Source: an uncultured Elusimicrobia bacterium (GTDB lineage Bacteria > Elusimicrobiota > Elusimicrobia > 2-01-FULL-59-12). Taken from it: a stretch of DNA of 64,000 bases. Below are positions 11,052 through 21,966 of the stretch, one piece after another; within the stretch, counting starts at the first letter, position 1, and each line of letters starts with the position of its first letter. The notes beneath the pieces are model-generated. The model was not told the origin of the DNA. It searched no databases and saw nothing but the letters and a program-made list of their open reading frames with translations. The position numbers and the translations under genes were made by a program. The stretch lies in assembly GCA_963702895.1 (NCBI GenBank), contig OY969767.1, forward strand, positions 128,001 to 192,000. The letters run 5' to 3'.

Positions 11052-12679
11052 CGCCCGAAGAACTCCAAGAAATCGCTTCAAAAGAGAAGACCGTTTCCAC
11101 GGACGGGGGCTCGACTTTGCATGTCTGCATGGCCGCGAGCTGCATCTCGTCCGATGCTGATAAAGTCAAGGATGCCCTCACGAAATCGGCGTCGGCCAAG
11201 CCCTGTCGCGTAAAAGGTGTCGGCTGTATGGGGCTGTGCGAAGCCGGACCGCTCGTTCGCCAAGGGACCGATGGCCCCCTCTACAAGAACGTCAAGCCAG
11301 AGGATGTGCCTGATCTCCTGAAATCGATCGGCGGAAAAGCCCCCGAGCGTCTCTTCTGCCCGACCGACATGCCCTTTTTTACCCGGCAGAGGAAGATTGT
11401 TCTTGAAAATTGCGGCACCGTCGACCCGGAGCGGGTCGAAGATTATGTCGCCCATGAGGGATACAAGGCGCTCCTTTCCGTCGTCACACAGATGACCCCC
11501 GCTCAGGTCATCCAGGAGGTGACGACCAGCGGCCTTCGTGGTCGCGGAGGGGCCGGCTTCCCCACGGGCCTCAAATGGAACACGGTCGCCAAAGCCCAAA
11601 GCAGTTTGAAGTATGTGGTGTGCAATGCCGACGAGGGTGACCCGGGAGCCTTTATGGACCGGAGCGTCCTGGAGAGCGATCCACACCGGGTGATCGAAGG
11701 CATGGCCATCGCTGGATACGCGGTGGGCGCTTCAAAGGCCTTCATTTATGTCCGCGCGGAGTATCCTCTGGCGGTCAAACGCCTCCAGATCGCTATCCGC
11801 CAGGCCGAACGATTAGGCCTCTTGGGTCAAAACATCATGGGGACCCCTTTCGATTTTAGTATTCAGCTCCGCATGGGAGCCGGCGCTTTTGTCTGCGGCG
11901 AAGAAACAGCGCTCATGGCCTCCATTGAAGGGAAGCGCGGCACCCCGCGCCCGCGTCCGCCGTTCCCGGCGCAATCCGGACTTTGGGGGAAACCCACGCT
12001 CATCAACAATGTGGAGACCCTCGCCAACATTCCGCCCATTCTCCGCAACGGAGGGGCTTGGTACGCGGCGATCGGCACCGAAAAGAGCAAAGGGACCAAG
12101 GTGTTCGCTCTGGCGGGCAAGATCAACAACACGGGCTTGATCGAAGTGCCCATGGGAATCACGCTCCGGGAAATCATTTTTGACATCGGTGGCGGAATTC
12201 CGAACGGCAAAAAGTTTAAAGCGGTCCAGACCGGAGGACCTTCGGGCGGCTGCATCCCCGAAGAGCACCTGGATATGCCGCTCGATTATGACTCCCTGGC
12301 CAAGGTGGGCTCCATCATGGGCTCCGGCGGCATGATCGTGATGGATGAAACCTCCTGCATGGTGGATGTCGCCCGCTACTTCATGGACTTCTGCATGACG
12401 GAATCCTGCGGCAAGTGCGTCCCTTGCCGCGTCGGGACCGCGCAAATGCTCAAGCTCCTTGTGAGCATCACCGAAGGCGAGGCCACGCCGGCGCATCTGG
12501 CTCAACTCGAAGAGCTCTGCGACATGGTCAAGAACACCAGTCTTTGCGGGCTCGGGCAGACCGCGCCCAACCCCGTCCTGAGCACGCTCCGCTATTTCCG
12601 ACATGAATACGAAGCGCACATCCGTGAGAAGCGCTGTCCCGCGGGCTTGTGCCGGATGAAGGAGGTCGCGCGCGCATGA
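11048..12679 (+). CDS. hoxF: Bidirectional hydrogenase diaphorase subunit F
   Basis: [32 protein letters not shown]. Confidence 0.95.
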   Translation: MTPEELQEIASKEKTVSTDGGSTLHVCMAASCISSDADKVKDALTKSASAKPCRVKGVGCMGLCEAGPLVRQGTDGPLYKNVKPEDVPDLLKSIGGKAPERLFCPTDMPFFTRQRKIVLENCGTVDPERVEDYVAHEGYKALLSVVTQMTPAQVIQEVTTSGLRGRGGAGFPTGLKWNTVAKAQSSLKYVVCNADEGDPGAFMDRSVLESDPHRVIEGMAIAGYAVGASKAFIYVRAEYPLAVKRLQIAIRQAERLGLLGQNIMGTPFDFSIQLRMGAGAFVCGEETALMASIEGKRGTPRPRPPFPAQSGLWGKPTLINNVETLANIPPILRNGGAWYAAIGTEKSKGTKVFALAGKINNTGLIEVPMGITLREIIFDIGGGIPNGKKFKAVQTGGPSGGCIPEEHLDMPLDYDSLAKVGSIMGSGGMIVMDETSCMVDVARYFMDFCMTESCGKCVPCRVGTAQMLKLLVSITEGEATPAHLAQLEELCDMVKNTSLCGLGQTAPNPVLSTLRYFRHEYEAHIREKRCPAGLCRMKEVARA

Positions 12680-13401
12680 GCCCCACGCCTGTTCGTGTCT
12701 GCACCTTCGTGATGGACGGCAAAGATGTGAGCGCTCAGGAGAACCAGACGCTTCTCCAGGTCGCGCGCGAGAACAATATCCCCATCCCGACGCTGTGTTC
12801 CCTGGAAGGCTTGTCGAATGTCGGCGCCTGCCGGCTCTGTATCGTCGAGGTCGAAGGGTCCAACAAGCTGTTGCCCGCCTGCGTGACGCAGGTGACAGAA
12901 GGGATGAAAGTCACGACACAATCCGAGCGCTTGAGCAAATACCGGAAGATGATTGTGGAGCTCCTGCTGTCCGAGCGCAATCACATCTGTTCGGTCTGTG
13001 TCTCCAACGGGCACTGCGACCTTCAGTGGCAAGCCCAGCAGTTGGGGGTTGACCACGTGCGGTTCCCTTACCTCTATCCGGTGCTCCCCTTCGACGGCTC
13101 TCATACGCGCTTTCGAGCGGACCACAACCGGTGCATCTTGTGTTCCCGCTGCGTGCGCGTGTGTGATGAGATTGAAGGAGCGCACACCTGGGACATCATG
13201 GGGCGCGGGATCAACGCCCGCGTCATCACGGACCTCAACCAGCCCTGGGGCGAGGCGGATTCCTGCACCAGCTGCGGCAAGTGCGTGCAGGTTTGTCCGA
13301 CCGGGGCGCTTTCGGCCAAAGGCCGGGCGGTGGGGGAGATGAGCAAGGAACGTCAATTTCTTCCGTACCTTAAGTTGATGAGAGAAGAACGTCTTGACTA
13401 A
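12676..13401 (+). CDS. hoxU: Bidirectional hydrogenase diaphorase subunit U
   Basis: NuoG N-terminal-like Fe-S motifs; ATGA overlap with hoxF. Confidence 0.93.
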   Translation: MSPTPVRVCTFVMDGKDVSAQENQTLLQVARENNIPIPTLCSLEGLSNVGACRLCIVEVEGSNKLLPACVTQVTEGMKVTTQSERLSKYRKMIVELLLSERNHICSVCVSNGHCDLQWQAQQLGVDHVRFPYLYPVLPFDGSHTRFRADHNRCILCSRCVRVCDEIEGAHTWDIMGRGINARVITDLNQPWGEADSCTSCGKCVQVCPTGALSAKGRAVGEMSKERQFLPYLKLMREERLD

Positions 13402-13924
13402 AGTAAAACTCGCCACCGTTTGGCTCGACGGATGTTCCGGATGTCACATGTCGTTTCTCGATATGGATGAGCGGCTGCTCGACATCGCCGGCCAGATCGA
13501 GCTCGTCTACAGTCCCCTCGTCGATTTTAAGGTCTTTCCCGACATGGTTGACGTGACCATCGTGGAAGGCGCGGTGAGCAGCGTCGAAGATGAGGAAAAG
13601 ATCCGCCACATCCGCAGCCGCACCAAAGTCCTGGTGGCCCTGGGCGATTGCGCCGTGACCTCGAACGTCCCCTCCATGCGCAACGGGGTGGGACGGGACA
13701 AAATTCTTTCGCGCGCCTACATCGAAAACGTCCAGCTCCAGCCGCAGGTTCCAAACCAGGTCATCCCCGCCTTGCTGCCGCACGCGCGGCCGATTCACGA
13801 AATCGTCACGGTTGACGCCTTTGTTCCGGGGTGTCCTCCGTCCGCCAACACCATCTTTACAGCTGTGAGCGCTCTCCTGTCGGGGAAAACACCCGATTTT
13901 GGTCAGACGCCCCGCTTCGGATAG
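13394..13924 (+). CDS. hoxY: [NiFe]-hydrogenase small subunit
   Basis: GCSGCH, GDCA, PGCPP. Confidence 0.93.
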   Translation: MTKVKLATVWLDGCSGCHMSFLDMDERLLDIAGQIELVYSPLVDFKVFPDMVDVTIVEGAVSSVEDEEKIRHIRSRTKVLVALGDCAVTSNVPSMRNGVGRDKILSRAYIENVQLQPQVPNQVIPALLPHARPIHEIVTVDAFVPGCPPSANTIFTAVSALLSGKTPDFGQTPRFG

Positions 13925-13940
13925 TTCCAAAGGAGTTCCC

Positions 13941-15368
13941 ATGAGTTCAAAGATCGAAATCAACCCCGTTACCCGCATTGAAGGCCATGCGAAAATCACG
14001 CTGCAGCTCACGGACCAAGGCGAGGTCTCGGAGGCGCGGCTTCATATCACCCAATTCCGCGGTTTTGAAAAGTTCTGCGAGGGCCGTCCCCACCACGAGA
14101 TGCCGTCCTTGATGGCGCGCATCTGCGGGATTTGCCCGGTGAGCCACCTGATGGCCTCCGCCAAAGCCTGCGACGCCTTGATGGCCGTGCGGATTCCGCC
14201 GACCGCCGTCATGCTGCGGCGCGTGATGAACCTCGCCCAGATCGTGCAGTCCCACGCGCTCAGTTTCTTCCATCTCTCCAGCCCCGATTTCTTGCTCGGG
14301 ATGGACGCTGATCCAGCCCAGCGCCATATCTTCGGTGTGGCCGCCGTGAACCCCGCGGTCGCCCGCGATGGGATTCGCCTGCGGCAATTCGGCCAGCAGA
14401 TCATCGAGATCCTGGGAGGCAAGCGCGTCCATCCCGAATGGGTGGTGCCCGGCGGCGTGAGCGATGCGCTTACGCCAGAAAATAAGGAAAAGATCCTGGC
14501 CATGCTTCCACCCAGCTTCGACATCATTTTGCGCACGCTCGACTGGTTCCGTCCGCTTCTCCCGAAGTTTAAGGAAGAAATCCGTATGTTTGGCAAATTC
14601 CCTTCTCTCTATATCGGCTTGGTGGGCAAAGACGGCACCTGGGAGCATTACGACGGGACGCTCTCCGTGATGGACGCTTCCGGCCTCGTGCTTCAGGAGG
14701 GGATTGATCCCGCGCGTTACGCGGAGATCATCGGCGAAGCGGTGGAGGACTGGTCGTATCTGAAATTCCCCTATTACAAGCCGATGGGCTATCCGGCGGG
14801 GATTTACCGGGTTGGGCCCCTGGCCCGGCTCAATCTCGCGCGGCTCTTCGGCACGCCGCGCGCCGATCACGCGCTCGGGGAATTCAAGGCCCTTGAGAAA
14901 GGCCCCGTGTCGAGCTCCTTTCATCAGCATTACGCGCGGCTCGTGGAAATTCTTGGCGCCCTCGAACAGCTGGATAAGCTGCTCCATGACCCTCAAATCC
15001 TGGACCCTCATGTGCGCGCGCATGCCGGGCCGAACGCCCGGGAAGGCGTCGGCGTTTCCGAAGCCCCGCGAGGGACGCTCATGCATCACTACAAGATCGA
15101 CCAAAACGGCGTCATCACCTGGGCCAATCTCATCATCGCAACGGGCCATAACAATCTGGCGATGAACAAGGGCATTCTGCAGGCCGCCAAACACTTTGTG
15201 AAGGGAACACGCTTACAGGAAGGTATGCTCAACCGCGTGGAAGCCGTCATTCGCACCTACGACCCTTGCTTGAGCTGTTCGACGCACGCCGCGGGGAAGA
15301 TGCCCCTGGTGGTTCAACTGCTATCGCCGCAGGGGGACGTGCTGGACCAGATGCGGCGTGATGGATGA
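13941..15368 (+). CDS. hoxH: [NiFe]-hydrogenase large subunit, group 3d
   Basis: [20 protein letters not shown] with cleavable C-terminal tail; AAGGAG RBS. Confidence 0.96.
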   Translation: MSSKIEINPVTRIEGHAKITLQLTDQGEVSEARLHITQFRGFEKFCEGRPHHEMPSLMARICGICPVSHLMASAKACDALMAVRIPPTAVMLRRVMNLAQIVQSHALSFFHLSSPDFLLGMDADPAQRHIFGVAAVNPAVARDGIRLRQFGQQIIEILGGKRVHPEWVVPGGVSDALTPENKEKILAMLPPSFDIILRTLDWFRPLLPKFKEEIRMFGKFPSLYIGLVGKDGTWEHYDGTLSVMDASGLVLQEGIDPARYAEIIGEAVEDWSYLKFPYYKPMGYPAGIYRVGPLARLNLARLFGTPRADHALGEFKALEKGPVSSSFHQHYARLVEILGALEQLDKLLHDPQILDPHVRAHAGPNAREGVGVSEAPRGTLMHHYKIDQNGVITWANLIIATGHNNLAMNKGILQAAKHFVKGTRLQEGMLNRVEAVIRTYDPCLSCSTHAAGKMPLVVQLLSPQGDVLDQMRRDG

Positions 15369-15850
15369 TCCCCGTTCTCATCATCGGCTATGGCAATCCC
15401 CTGAGATCGGACGACGGTATCGGATGGCACACGGCCCGGGCGCTCATCGGGCACTGGCCCGCCGATCAAGTTCGCGTGGAAACGTCTCATCAGCTCTTGC
15501 CTGAGATGGCGGACTGGCTCTCGGAAGCGGAGTATGTCTTTTTTGTCGACGCAAGCTGGGACACACGGCCCGGCGTCATCCGCGCGCGCCCGGTGAGCGC
15601 CCAAGAAGGCAAGAAAAGCACGATGACTCATCAATTTACGCCTCAAGGACTTCTGGCGGACGCGGCCTCGCTCTACCAGAAGACGCCCAAAGCGGTGCTC
15701 GTCACGCTGGGGGCGGAATCGTTTGAGCATGGGGAAAGTCTGTCGCCATCCCTGGCGGCGATCTTCCCTCAATTTCTTGAGCGGATCAAAGTGCTGGTCC
15801 AGCAGAAGCTGGCCATCGCCGCCCCTGAGCGGGAGAGCGCCTATGCATGA
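15365..15850 (+). CDS. hoxW: Hydrogenase maturation protease
   Basis: [14 protein letters not shown] motif, follows hoxH. Confidence 0.9.
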   Translation: MIPVLIIGYGNPLRSDDGIGWHTARALIGHWPADQVRVETSHQLLPEMADWLSEAEYVFFVDASWDTRPGVIRARPVSAQEGKKSTMTHQFTPQGLLADAASLYQKTPKAVLVTLGAESFEHGESLSPSLAAIFPQFLERIKVLVQQKLAIAAPERESAYA

Positions 15851-16217
15851 GTTCGGAATGGTCGACGACTTCATTCACCATCTCGTGGACGAGTGGAAAG
15901 ACAAAGAGCCGAACGCAGCGGCTGTCTTTCGGATTCTCTACGGGCCCGGCCTCCAAGAGGACGCGCTGCGCCAGGCTTTCGAGGTTCATACGGCGGGAAC
16001 GCCTTTGGAACGCGCGCGTTTTGAGTTTGTGCCGAAACCCGTCACGCTGTCCTGTGCTTGCGGAACCGTGATACGGCCGGTTCTGGGAGAGGCGGAAATC
16101 CCTTATACTGTGTGTTCAAGCTGCGATGCGGTTGTGCCTGTTCCCGGATTTAACGTCATCGAGCTTCTGATGCCGTCATCCCGGCATGATGTAAGCCGGG
16201 ATCCATCATTTACGTAG
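15843..16217 (+). CDS. hypA: Divergent HypA-like nickel metallochaperone
   Basis: MHE N-terminus, GTPLERA, CAC and CSSC; C-terminus read through a REP-B. Confidence 0.7.
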   Translation: MHEFGMVDDFIHHLVDEWKDKEPNAAAVFRILYGPGLQEDALRQAFEVHTAGTPLERARFEFVPKPVTLSCACGTVIRPVLGEAEIPYTVCSSCDAVVPVPGFNVIELLMPSSRHDVSRDPSFT

Positions 16218-16291
16218 AAACACGATAGACCCCGGTTTTCACCGGGGTGACGTCAACGGAAGATTCCCGGCTAACGATCCGCCGGGGTGAC
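16175..16291. repeat. REP-B cluster (three hairpin arms)
   Basis: GTCATCCCGG..CCGGGATCCAT, ATAGACCCCGG..CCGGGGTGAC, plus a third CCCGG..CCGGGGTGAC arm. Confidence 0.9.
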
Positions 16292-16335
16292 GTCTTTACT
16301 TTATCTTCTAAAAGAATCGACATAGAGGTGTCTGG

Positions 16336-19300
16336 ATGAACAAGCGTTTTGTCATGTTGGACGGCAGTCAGGCGGTGGCGGAAGTCGCTTACCGTCTCAA
16401 TGAGGTCATCGCCATTTATCCCATTACCCCTTCCTCCAACATGGCGGAATGGGCCGACGCTTGGATGTCGGAAGGGCGCACGAACCTCTGGGGAGCCGTT
16501 CCTCAGGTCTACGAGATGCAAAGCGAAGCCGGCGTGGCCGGCGCCGTGCATGGGGCGCTCCAGACCGGGGCCCTCGCCACCACCTTTACCGCCTCCCAGG
16601 GTCTGTTGCTCATGATCCCCAACATGTACAAGATCGCTGGCGAGCTCACGCCAGCCGTCTTTCATGTGGCCGCAAGGTCCTTGGCCACTCAGGGGCTCTC
16701 CATCTTTGGCGATCACTCCGATGTGATGGCGGCTCGGCAGACGGGGTGGGGCATGCTCGCCTCAGCCTCCGTTCAAGAAACCATGGACTTTGCGCTCCTC
16801 AGCCAGGCGATCTCTTTGCGAAGTCGCATTCCCTTCATCCATTTCTTCGATGGATTCCGGACCTCGCATGAAGTTTCCAAAGTGATAGGGCTGGAAGATG
16901 ACGTCATCAAAGCCTTGATCGACGAAAAAGCGATTCAAAACCACCGCGCCCGCGCGCTCTCGCCCGATCATCCCTTCATTCGAGGGACCGCCCAGAACCC
17001 CGACGTCTATTTTCAGGCGCGTGAAACGGTGAACCCTTTTTATGTCGAGTGTCCGAAGATCGCCGAAAGCCTCTTTTCGGAGTTCTCTCGTCTGACCGGC
17101 CGGACTTATGGTCTCTACGAGTATCATGGTGCCCCAGACGCCGAGCGTGTGGTCATTCTGATGGGGTCGGGTTGTGAGACCGCGCAAGAAACCGCTGAAG
17201 CCCTGCGCCAAAAAGGGGAAAAAGTGGGTCTCATCAAAGTTCGGCTTTATCGTCCTTTGGATGCGGCGCGCTTGGTCGCGGCACTTCCGGCCAGCGTGAA
17301 ATCCATTGCGGTCCTCGACAGGACCAAAGAACCCGGAGGGGCCGGCGAGCCGCTGTACCAGGATGTGATCACGGCCATTCATGAAGTCATGGCCGCAGGG
17401 AAAGCGCCGTTCCAGAAGCTTCCGAGGATTGTGGGCGGGCGCTACGGCCTGTCGTCCAAAGAATTCACGCCCGCCATGGTCAAGGCCGTTTTCGATAACC
17501 TGAGCGCGCCGCAACCCAAGAATCACTTCACGGTGGGCATTCAGGATGATGTGTCCCACACGAGCCTTGCCTTCGACAAAGCATGGTCCATTGAGCCCAA
17601 CGATGTCATCCGGGCTCTCTTTTACGGTCTGGGGTCGGACGGCACGGTGAGCGCGAACAAGAACTCCATCAAGATCATTGGCGAAAACACGGACGGATAC
17701 GCCCAAGGTTATTTTGTTTACGACTCCAAGAAATCGGGGTCTATGACCATCTCCCACTTGCGGTTTGGACCACGTCCGATCCGGTCGCCCTACCTCATCA
17801 CGGAAGCGAACTTCATTGGTGTGCACCAGCCGATGTTTTTGGACCGCTTTGACCTCCTTCAATCCATGGCGCCCGGCGGCACCTTGCTCCTCAATAGCGC
17901 GATCGGCGCGGATAACATCTGGGACACTTTGCCGCGGTCCTACCAGGAGCAGGTCCTCAAGAAGAACATCCGGATTTTTGTGATCGATGCCTATAAGGTT
18001 GCCGATGAGGTGGGCATGGGGGGCTTGATCAACACCATCATGCAGGTTTGTTTCTTTGCCATTTCAGGCGTGCTTCCCCGCGAGAAGGCCATTGAGGCCA
18101 TCAAAGATTCCATTCAAAAGACCTACGGCAAAAAGGGGGAAGATATCGTCGCGATGAACCTCAAGGCCATCGATCGCACCCTCGAACGTCTCTTTGAGGT
18201 CAAACACCCCGGCAAACTGACCAGTTCCAAGCAGCTCCGGCCCCCGGTGGTGAGCGGCGCACCTGTCTTTGTGAACGATGTCCTCGGGCGCATGATCCAG
18301 AACCAGGGAGACGAGCTGCCCGTGAGCGCCCTTCCCAACGACGGGACCTATCCTTCGGCTACGGCACAATGGGAAAAGCGGCGGCTGGCACAGGAAATCC
18401 CTGTGTGGGACATTAATGTCTGTATTCAGTGCAGCAAGTGCGTCATGATTTGCCCGCATGGCGTCATCCGGGCCAAGGTGGTGGAGCCTGAGCTTCTCGC
18501 CCAAGCGCCCGCTTCCTTCAAATCGCGCAACGCGATCGACCGTGACTGGGCAGGCAAGAAGTATGTCCTCCAGGTTTCTCCGGACGACTGTACCGGTTGT
18601 ACCCTCTGCGTGGAAATCTGTCCGGCGCGCAATAAATCCGAAACGCGCCTCAAAGCCCTGAACATGGCGCCGATCGATCCTTTGCTGCAGCAGGAAATCG
18701 ACCATTGGAATTTCTTCCTGAATCTTCCGGATATGGACCGGCGTAAGATCAATGTGAACAAGACCAATCAGCAGCAGATCCAGCGGCCGCTCTTTGAGTT
18801 TTCGGGCGCTTGTTCGGGCTGCGGTGAGACCCCTTATCTGAAACTCCTCTCCCAGCTTTTCGGTGACCGATCCTTAATTGCCAACGCCACCGGATGCTCT
18901 TCGATTTACGGAGGTAATCTTCCCACCACCCCCTGGGCGAAGGACGCGTTGGGACGGGGGCCGGCGTGGAGCAATTCGCTTTTTGAAGATAACGCGGAGT
19001 TTGGTTTGGGTCTGCGCCTCTCGATCGACCAACAAAACGCGATGGCACGAGGGCTCCTCAAGACCCTCTCCGGTTCCCTGGGAGACGACTTGGTCGGGGC
19101 CCTCCTGGCTGCTCAGCAGCACGACGAGGCTGGCCTCTATGAACAGCGTGAGCGCGTGAAGGTCCTCGTCGAGAAGCTCAAAGCCATTCATCAGCCGGAA
19201 GCCCGGACGCTGGAAAGCCTCGCGGGCTATTTGGTCCGCAAGAGCGTCTGGATCGTAGGAGGCGACGGTTGGGCTTTTGACATCGGGTTTGGCGGCCTCG

Positions 19301-19905
19301 ATCATGTGATGGCCAGCGGCATGGATGTGAACTGCTTGGTTCTCGATACAGGCGTCTATTCCAACACGGGAGGGCAGCGCTCCAAGGCCACCCCGCGCGG
19401 CGCCGTAGCGAAGTTTGCGGCCGGCGGCAAGGAATCGGCGCGAAAAGACCTCGGATGGATGGCCATGAGTTATGGCAACGTCTATGTGGCCCAGGTCGCG
19501 ATGGGCGCCCGCGATGAGCAAACACTTCGATCTTTCTTGGAAGCAGAGTCGTTCAACGGCCCGTCGCTCATTATCGCCTACAGCCACTGTATTGCCCATG
19601 GCATCCGAATGGAGTCGGGCCTCGACAGCCAGAAGGCGGCGGTCGCTTCCGGACAGTGGCTGCTCTATCGATACGACCCGCGGCGTCTTTTGCGGGAGGA
19701 AAAACCGCTGGTGATCGATTCCCAGCCGCCGACGCTCAAGATTCAAGATTATCTTTTGCGCGAGAACCGCTTCAAAATGCTCACCAAAAGCCATCCGGAG
19801 CAAGCCAAGATCTTCTGGGACCAGGCGCAAAAGGACGCGGATTCGCGGCGGGCTTTCTACCAGTATTTGGCGGACCGGCCACCGGCCAAGAAAGTTGAGG
19901 ACTAA
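16336..19905 (+). CDS. nifJ: Pyruvate:ferredoxin/flavodoxin oxidoreductase
   Basis: YPITPS, two CxxCxxCxxxCP, GACSGCGE, GGDGWAFDIG, YSNTGGQ; 1189 aa. Confidence 0.97.
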   Translation: MNKRFVMLDGSQAVAEVAYRLNEVIAIYPITPSSNMAEWADAWMSEGRTNLWGAVPQVYEMQSEAGVAGAVHGALQTGALATTFTASQGLLLMIPNMYKIAGELTPAVFHVAARSLATQGLSIFGDHSDVMAARQTGWGMLASASVQETMDFALLSQAISLRSRIPFIHFFDGFRTSHEVSKVIGLEDDVIKALIDEKAIQNHRARALSPDHPFIRGTAQNPDVYFQARETVNPFYVECPKIAESLFSEFSRLTGRTYGLYEYHGAPDAERVVILMGSGCETAQETAEALRQKGEKVGLIKVRLYRPLDAARLVAALPASVKSIAVLDRTKEPGGAGEPLYQDVITAIHEVMAAGKAPFQKLPRIVGGRYGLSSKEFTPAMVKAVFDNLSAPQPKNHFTVGIQDDVSHTSLAFDKAWSIEPNDVIRALFYGLGSDGTVSANKNSIKIIGENTDGYAQGYFVYDSKKSGSMTISHLRFGPRPIRSPYLITEANFIGVHQPMFLDRFDLLQSMAPGGTLLLNSAIGADNIWDTLPRSYQEQVLKKNIRIFVIDAYKVADEVGMGGLINTIMQVCFFAISGVLPREKAIEAIKDSIQKTYGKKGEDIVAMNLKAIDRTLERLFEVKHPGKLTSSKQLRPPVVSGAPVFVNDVLGRMIQNQGDELPVSALPNDGTYPSATAQWEKRRLAQEIPVWDINVCIQCSKCVMICPHGVIRAKVVEPELLAQAPASFKSRNAIDRDWAGKKYVLQVSPDDCTGCTLCVEICPARNKSETRLKALNMAPIDPLLQQEIDHWNFFLNLPDMDRRKINVNKTNQQQIQRPLFEFSGACSGCGETPYLKLLSQLFGDRSLIANATGCSSIYGGNLPTTPWAKDALGRGPAWSNSLFEDNAEFGLGLRLSIDQQNAMARGLLKTLSGSLGDDLVGALLAAQQHDEAGLYEQRERVKVLVEKLKAIHQPEARTLESLAGYLVRKSVWIVGGDGWAFDIGFGGLDHVMASGMDVNCLVLDTGVYSNTGGQRSKATPRGAVAKFAAGGKESARKDLGWMAMSYGNVYVAQVAMGARDEQTLRSFLEAESFNGPSLIIAYSHCIAHGIRMESGLDSQKAAVASGQWLLYRYDPRRLLREEKPLVIDSQPPTLKIQDYLLRENRFKMLTKSHPEQAKIFWDQAQKDADSRRAFYQYLADRPPAKKVED

Positions 19906-20913
19906 ATGGACCTCTCTACTTCCTTCCTTGGATTTAAACTCAAAAGCCCTCTCATCCCTTCGGCCTCGACGCTTTCGGAAAATCTCGGAAACCTGAAATT
20001 GATGGAGGATTCCGGCGCCGGAGCGGTGGTGCTGCACTCGCTCTTTGAGGAGCAGCTGCGCCGCGACCGGTCCGACCTCTTTTATTCGCTTACGCAGGGG
20101 ACGGAGAGTTACGCCGAGGCGCTCAGCTATTTTCCGGAGCCCTCCACCTTTCATCTGGGCCCGGAGGAATATCTGGAGCATATCCGCAAAGCCAAAGCGG
20201 CGCTCAAGATCCCTGTGATCGCGAGCTTGAACGGCAGCTCCAAGGGCGGATGGACCGACTATGCCAAGCGTATCCAGCAGGCCGGGGCCGATGCGCTCGA
20301 GCTCAATATCTACTTTATCCCCACCGAGCTCTCCATGAGCGGGTCCGCTGTCGAAGCCCGGATCCTGGACATTGTGCAAGCGGTCCGGGGCGTCGTGTCG
20401 TTTCCTGTCGCCGTCAAGTGCAGCCCTTTTTTCAGCAACATGGCCAACATGGCCTTTCAATTGGACCGCGCGGGCGTGGACGCGCTTGTGCTCTTCAACC
20501 GTTTTTACCAGCCGGACATCGATCTGGAGTCTCTCGAGGTCCATCCGAACGTCCTCCTGAGCACCCCGCAGGCGGCGCGGCTGCCGCTGACCTGGATCGG
20601 CATTCTTTACGGCCGACTCAAAGCGCAGTTGGCGGCGACGAGCGGCGTTCACACCGCCGCGGATGTTCTCAAGATGCTGATGGTGGGCGCGGATGTCACG
20701 ATGCTCGCCTCGGTCCTCTACCGCCGGGGCATCAAGCACTTAGCGGTCATCGAAGGCGAGATGCGCGAGTGGATGGAATCCCATGAGTACGAATCGGTCA
20801 AACAGATGCGCGGCAGCATGAGCCAGAAGAACTGCGCCAGCCCCGAAGCTTTCGAACGGGCGCAGTACATGCGCGCCATCCAAAGCCCCCCCGCCCAGCG
20901 CCCCGAAAAATAG
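19906..20913 (+). CDS. Dihydroorotate dehydrogenase-like FMN protein (DHOD-like)
   Basis: IASLNG, ELNIY, LFNRFYQPD; abuts the nifJ stop codon. Confidence 0.88.
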   Translation: MDLSTSFLGFKLKSPLIPSASTLSENLGNLKLMEDSGAGAVVLHSLFEEQLRRDRSDLFYSLTQGTESYAEALSYFPEPSTFHLGPEEYLEHIRKAKAALKIPVIASLNGSSKGGWTDYAKRIQQAGADALELNIYFIPTELSMSGSAVEARILDIVQAVRGVVSFPVAVKCSPFFSNMANMAFQLDRAGVDALVLFNRFYQPDIDLESLEVHPNVLLSTPQAARLPLTWIGILYGRLKAQLAATSGVHTAADVLKMLMVGADVTMLASVLYRRGIKHLAVIEGEMREWMESHEYESVKQMRGSMSQKNCASPEAFERAQYMRAIQSPPAQRPEK

Positions 20914-20929
20914 CGCCTCAGGTCCTTTC

Positions 20930-20969
20930 CGAATCGGCGAACCGGGGAACCGGCGAGCCGGCGACTGAC
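20930..20969 (+). repeat. Short octamer tandem repeat (CGAACCGG-like)
   Basis: CGAATCGG CGAACCGG GGAACCGG CGAGCCGG. Confidence 0.6.
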
Positions 20970-20989
20970 AGATGCGGCGACATTCTTTG

Positions 20990-21118
20990 GTCATCCCCCG
21001 CAGCCGTAAGCGGGGGATCCATCATTTTTCTATTGCTTGATGGACCCCGTCCGCCACACGGCAGGGCGGACGGCCCGCCAGGTGTGTGGAGGGCCGGCTT
21101 ACAGCTTGCCGGGGTGAC
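20990..21118. repeat. REP-B doublet with a nested ~47-bp hairpin insert
   Basis: Right arm GACCCC[GTCCGCC..GGAGGGCC]GGCTT..GCCGGGGTGAC; same composite inverted at 56672-56800. Confidence 0.85.
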
Positions 21119-21130
21119 GTCAATGCAAGC

Positions 21131-21162
21131 TCCGCATCCCCGCGTCCCCGTGTCTCCGCGTC
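21131..21162 (+). repeat. Short octamer tandem repeat (YCCGYGTC)
   Basis: TCCGCATC CCCGCGTC CCCGTGTC TCCGCGTC. Confidence 0.6.
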
Positions 21163-21256
21163 AGCCTCTCGCCCCCTCCTGTCCCTAGGGTCTGGCCCAA
21201 GGAACGTCCCCTAGCCGTAACCTCCGCCACTGGCGTGCAGCCTTTCCGACGATGTC

Positions 21257-21289
21257 GTGAATATTTTCCCGCGCTTTGCATCTAAGGGA
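21257..21289 (+). promoter_or_regulatory. Putative ECF-sigma promoter upstream of the ORF6N/Tad operon
   Basis: GTGAATATTTT-N10-GCATCTAAGGGA, identical in motif and spacing to 60858-60890. Confidence 0.6.
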
Positions 21290-21305
21290 GTGAAGGGAGA
21301 ATGAT

Positions 21306-21776
21306 ATGGACCAAAGCAACTCGATCGGGCTCATCCAGCATCACATTTACCAAGTCCGCGGTCAGAGGGTCATGATGGACGAGGACCTTGCTCCGATTTA
21401 TGGCGTTACGACCAAGCGCCTGAATGAACAAACCAAACGAAATCGGCTGCGATTCCCCGCTGACTTTATGTTCCGATTGACCGAAGCAGAAACGGCTGAA
21501 ATCATGCGCTTGAGAAACGGGAAGGCACACTTGAAGTCGCAAATTGCGACTTCAAGTCTGCCTCAATGGGGCGGCCGGCGGAAACTTCCCTATGCATTCA
21601 CTGAACACGGCGCCGTGATGCTTGCATGTGTGTTGAGAAGTCCGACCCAACGTTTTGTGGCAGACGTGGAATCAGAAAGGATGGCCTATGAGCGACATGA
21701 TCGTAATTCAAGCGTTGGGCAGCGGCGTATGGGTTGTTCGGGTCTTGCTCCGGAAGGGGCGCAACGAGCTGATTGA
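21306..21776 (+). pseudogene. ORF6N-domain DNA-binding protein, C-terminally truncated
   Basis: RGQRVMMDEDLA, RNRLRFPADFMFRLT, GGRRKLPYAFTEHG; family similarity stops after VLRSP. Confidence 0.75.
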
Positions 21777-21788
21777 AAGGGGGAAGGT

Positions 21789-21962
21789 ATGCAAAATCTG
21801 AGGCGAAAAGACGGTCAGGGGCTGATCGAATACATCCTGATCGTGGGACTGATGGGCGTCCTGGCGATCGCGGCGATCAACGCCTTGAGCGCTAAAACGC
21901 AAGCCGGTTACCGTGCGGCGACACGAGAGCTTGGCGATGAATTCTCCAAGATGGGGAGTTAG
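21789..21962 (+). CDS. flp: Flp family type IVb pilin (57 aa; below the ORF-track cutoff)
   Basis: Hand translation MQNLRRKDG|QGLIEYILIVGLMGVLAIAAINALS...; G|xxxxEY prepilin motif; purine-rich RBS. Confidence 0.9.
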   Translation: MQNLRRKDGQGLIEYILIVGLMGVLAIAAINALSAKTQAGYRAATRELGDEFSKMGS

Positions 21963-21966
21963 GATC

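Noticed and set aside
13947..20739. Long - strand ORFs (415, 366, 621 aa) opposite hoxH, nifJ and the DHOD-like gene
   Set aside because: Antisense shadows of well-supported genes
19906..20913. Calling this gene pyrD
   Set aside because: Catalytic Cys/Ser loop absent and context is PFOR, not pyrimidine synthesis
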